From the NCBI GenBank assembly GCA_965369655.1, contig CBDUQR010000050.1:1-18784 (forward strand): a DNA stretch of 18,784 bases, given 5' to 3'. The stretch's first letter is position 1. Each line of letters begins with the position of its first letter. The notes below the pieces were generated by a model. The model had not been told where the DNA came from, did not search any database, and worked only from the letters and a program-made list of their open reading frames with translations. This DNA comes from an uncultured bacterium. Lineage in GTDB: Bacteria > Zixibacteria > MSB-5A5 > JAABVY01 > JAHJOQ01. Shown here in pieces: positions 15,559 to 18,784 of this stretch. The position numbers were made by a program, and so were the translations under genes.

Positions 15559-17127
15559 ATGAGAACTAACCACCCATATAATCAGCAGAAAGGGTCTACA
15601 GGCCGGCTTATCACGAGCGAGCGTCTGCTGTTTGCCTTTCTGTTGATGGCGAGTCTTATTCCTCTGTTTGCATTCAGGTACATTCCGTCGGTCGACCTGC
15701 CCAATCACATTCTCCTGGCTGCCCTGCATGCCGATGTGCCGGGCTCGCACTACCTGTCGGCGGAATGGGTGGTATCACCGTATATACTGTTCTATGTGTT
15801 GATGTACCCGTTCGTGAAGCTCTTCGGATACCTCATCGCTTCCAAAATAGTCCTCGGATTGTATGTGATCGGCCTCCCGTTGAGCGTTCGCTGGTTCTAC
15901 AACGAGTTCAATCCGGACAACAGGTTTCTTTCGCTCTATTCGTTTGCTTTTATCTACACGTATTTCTTCGACTTTGGGTTCATTCCGTACGTGATCGGAG
16001 TTCCGCTGGTGTTCTGTGGTCTCACAGTTCTCGGTCGAACTTTCAAACAGGGCTTTCCATTGAAGCTGATGTTGCTTTCCTCTGTGATGAGCCTGTTGAT
16101 CTACCTGAGCCATTTCATGAACTTCGCCGCATACGGAATTGGCGTACTTGTCCTGATATTGTCAAGCAGATACTCGCACGATAATTCAGAACGGTCGAAG
16201 ATATCTTTTTCATCACAAATAGCAAACCTGGCGTTCATCTTTGCACCCTCTCTCGCTTTGCTCGTGCTGTATGTAGCAAACATGTTGAACAGTGGAGAGC
16301 TTGTTGCCTCGTCACAGACAATAGCATCCTACAGTTCCCCTTACCACCAGTTCGCCGGTGCAATACGATTCTTCCTTACGAAAAATATGGTCCTCGACGC
16401 CGTGAGAGTCGGGCTGTTCGGTGTAATCGCCATAGTACTCATGGTTTTCAGAGAGAAGGTTATCAACCGAGGGTTCCTTCTCTATTTCGGAATCGCCGTA
16501 TGGGCTGCATCGGTCATAATACCAAGAGGCTCCTTCATCGGGGGATGGGAGTTGAGTTCGAGAATGGCCGTTTTTGGAGCAATCTCAGTAATCGGGTCGG
16601 TCATCATCAAGAGGACAATATCCAGGAAACTGGTAGTTATCATAGCCGTGATTCTGTCAGCGATTTCTATTGGCCAGCGCGCGTTTCACACGAGATTCAT
16701 CGATCGGATGACAGCCAGCTATGTCAATACTCTGTCCGCCACTATACCTTCAGGAAGCAGGATCTGCCCTGTCAGCAATGCTTTCCTCGAAGCCAACGTG
16801 CCGTACATGATGCATGCGATAGCCTACTATCACCTCGAACATGGGGGATTCAGCCCATTCCTGTTCAGCGATCAACCGCAGGTGGCTGGTATCAAGCCGA
16901 ATCTGCAACTGCCTCGGCTTCATGAATCATGGGTTTCGTCAGACACATCACGATTCATGGATGTGTTGCCGCATTACGACTATCTTGCGATTATCACCTA
17001 TGGAGAAGGATTACCTCAACCATTCACGGCGATGTCGGATGGATTCGTTCACAGCGATACGATTTGCACTGTGATCGACTTGAGCAAGACAGTCTACTCA
17101 AGAGATGATCGCGATCCGGTACGCTAA
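15559..17127 (+). CDS. Polytopic membrane protein, probable GT-C-like glycosyltransferase
   Basis: TM1 followed by IPSVDLPNH acidic loop, FDFGFIPY, LIYLSH, about a dozen hydrophobic segments and a soluble C-terminal tail. Family assignment is by architecture only. Confidence 0.6.
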   Translation: MRTNHPYNQQKGSTGRLITSERLLFAFLLMASLIPLFAFRYIPSVDLPNHILLAALHADVPGSHYLSAEWVVSPYILFYVLMYPFVKLFGYLIASKIVLGLYVIGLPLSVRWFYNEFNPDNRFLSLYSFAFIYTYFFDFGFIPYVIGVPLVFCGLTVLGRTFKQGFPLKLMLLSSVMSLLIYLSHFMNFAAYGIGVLVLILSSRYSHDNSERSKISFSSQIANLAFIFAPSLALLVLYVANMLNSGELVASSQTIASYSSPYHQFAGAIRFFLTKNMVLDAVRVGLFGVIAIVLMVFREKVINRGFLLYFGIAVWAASVIIPRGSFIGGWELSSRMAVFGAISVIGSVIIKRTISRKLVVIIAVILSAISIGQRAFHTRFIDRMTASYVNTLSATIPSGSRICPVSNAFLEANVPYMMHAIAYYHLEHGGFSPFLFSDQPQVAGIKPNLQLPRLHESWVSSDTSRFMDVLPHYDYLAIITYGEGLPQPFTAMSDGFVHSDTICTVIDLSKTVYSRDDRDPVR

Positions 17128-18773
17128 TCGACAGCGTTCGTATCGGCCTGTTGCAGCAGCCAGTAGGTGTCCCTGCCGAGATTGAATGCTACGGTACGAT
17201 CCCATCCCGATAGAAAAACCCCATACTGCGCGCGGCTGATATTCGCTTCGCTGTCTGAGACATGCGACTCGGGGAGATCTTCTTCGAGGAAAATCCGACC
17301 GTTGACAAACACCCGCTGCCTGTTGTCCAGGCGCATGTCTATCTCGCTGCGGAGAAACGGGAACGCCTGTTTGGGAGTCTCTCGACCGACCTGGCCAATG
17401 TGGATTGCGTCATGGCTGAAAAAGTAGGTCAGATGGTCGCCGGTGAACACATTGTCGTGTCCCCAGAGCAGCACCAAATCACCCGGCTGCATCTGTGTGT
17501 CGAGAGCGCGTGCGCTTTCCATGTAGCGGTTATTCTTCGGATTGTGATCCGGGATAGCAAAGAACGCGAGGTTGAAGATCAACATCATCACGACAAACAG
17601 CCAGATGAATGCGTTCTTCCCCGATCGTCGAGTATCGGGTTGCGTCACAACCAACCAGAAGACCGGCAGCAGGGCCAGCCATCGTTCGGTGTCCGATCCG
17701 AGCCACATTAGTCCGAACAAAGCAGGTATAAGCGCCCAGACACAGAGAATCAACAGCAGTCGCCCGTCAGCAGTGAGCGCACGTTTTCGGTGTCGTATGA
17801 ACCGGACAAAAACAGCCGCGATGAATATCCAGAGAATTGTAAACATCGCGATTTCTAAATATATCCTTATCGTGCTTTCTGTCAGGAACGGTGTCCCCCA
17901 GATTATCTGCTTCACCACAGGACCAATATCGACAAGGCGAAACAGACTCGATGAGAAGCCGATTACTCCACGAGAAATATTGATCAGACTCAACTCGGGA
18001 GGAATGCCATAAGAGGCTGCAGTCAACCATCCCGGGAAATCAGATACCGATGAAATTCCGCCTGTGGCGAATGCGGCAATCAGCAGTGGCAGGAACAGAA
18101 ACAGTGACAGCGAAAATAGATAGCCGACAGCGGCTGCGATTCGTGTCCTTGCTGTCAGAGCTGATCCGCCCACGACGATGCCAAAAGCTACAGCCGGTAC
18201 GAGGAGGAGCGCGGTCAGCCAGAAGAAACCCGCCAGAGCATGACTCAGGCCGATCAGGACGGAGATTGCTGCGTATGCTCTGATATTGTCTGTTCTTGTC
18301 AGCCTCGTCAGCAGGTAGATCGTCACAATCAGGAAAAAGACATTGCCCGGATACGATGTCGCATTTGTGCACCAGAACCAGTATCCGAGCGATGAGCCGA
18401 GTCCGATTGCCGCCAGAAGACCGCGATTGACGCTGCCGTCTAAGCGATAAGCTGTCAGGAACATTACCGCGACGCCGAGGGCGCCGAAGACTGAGTTCAT
18501 GAACTGGAGCAGGTAGACCGATCTGACGTCGATACCAAGAAAACGCGTTATCTCCAGAATGATTCTGCCAGCCGGGCAATAGAGCAATCGTGCCGATATC
18601 GAAAACAGCTTGTTCGCATCAGCTAACTCGACAATCCTCGCATAGCCAAGGCCGTCACCATTGAAGATATTCGAGCGAAGTGTCACGTAGACCGCGAGTG
18701 TGACCGCAAACAGCAAGAGCGAAATCAACAGATGCCTGCCCGAATGTATGGATGGTGTGATTGCCTGTTTCAA
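17124..18773 (-). CDS. Polytopic membrane protein, probable GT-C (PMT/ArnT/DUF2723-like) glycosyltransferase
   Basis: TTG start with GAGGA SD at the window end. TM1 then NIFNGDGLGY, NSVFGALGV, YWFWCT, DTERWLALLP. Its stop overlaps the convergent gene's stop (CTAA, 17124-17127). Confidence 0.65.
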   Translation of the reverse strand: MKQAITPSIHSGRHLLISLLLFAVTLAVYVTLRSNIFNGDGLGYARIVELADANKLFSISARLLYCPAGRIILEITRFLGIDVRSVYLLQFMNSVFGALGVAVMFLTAYRLDGSVNRGLLAAIGLGSSLGYWFWCTNATSYPGNVFFLIVTIYLLTRLTRTDNIRAYAAISVLIGLSHALAGFFWLTALLLVPAVAFGIVVGGSALTARTRIAAAVGYLFSLSLFLFLPLLIAAFATGGISSVSDFPGWLTAASYGIPPELSLINISRGVIGFSSSLFRLVDIGPVVKQIIWGTPFLTESTIRIYLEIAMFTILWIFIAAVFVRFIRHRKRALTADGRLLLILCVWALIPALFGLMWLGSDTERWLALLPVFWLVVTQPDTRRSGKNAFIWLFVVMMLIFNLAFFAIPDHNPKNNRYMESARALDTQMQPGDLVLLWGHDNVFTGDHLTYFFSHDAIHIGQVGRETPKQAFPFLRSEIDMRLDNRQRVFVNGRIFLEEDLPESHVSDSEANISRAQYGVFLSGWDRTVAFNLGRDTYWLLQQADTNAVD

Positions 18774-18784
18774 TCTGTATCCTC

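Overview
Bacterial chromosomal window, probably from a Zixibacteria-like or FCB-type environmental organism. That is an inference from a dockerin-like 'GDADGSGGIDLDDVV..IFGGGP' protein and a secreted protein with a FlgD/T9SS-like C-terminal domain. In order, it holds: the 3' end of a TPR protein, a truncated putative porin ending at a palindromic repeat, a VOC protein, a secreted S9 peptidase, a small dockerin-domain protein, a lower-GC three-gene block (small 2-TM protein, membrane-anchored Mrr-type nuclease, HEPN-motif protein), trkA-trkH, a 1009-aa secreted beta-helix/FnIII protein, and three GT-C-like membrane proteins. The most interesting structure is the three-gene block at about 4855-7453. 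A near-consensus sigma70 promoter sits at its head and each gene is preceded by a related REP/REPIN-like palindromic repeat. This gives an integron-like cassette array of candidate defence genes, with no integrase or transposase in the window. No tRNA, rRNA or CRISPR array was recognised.
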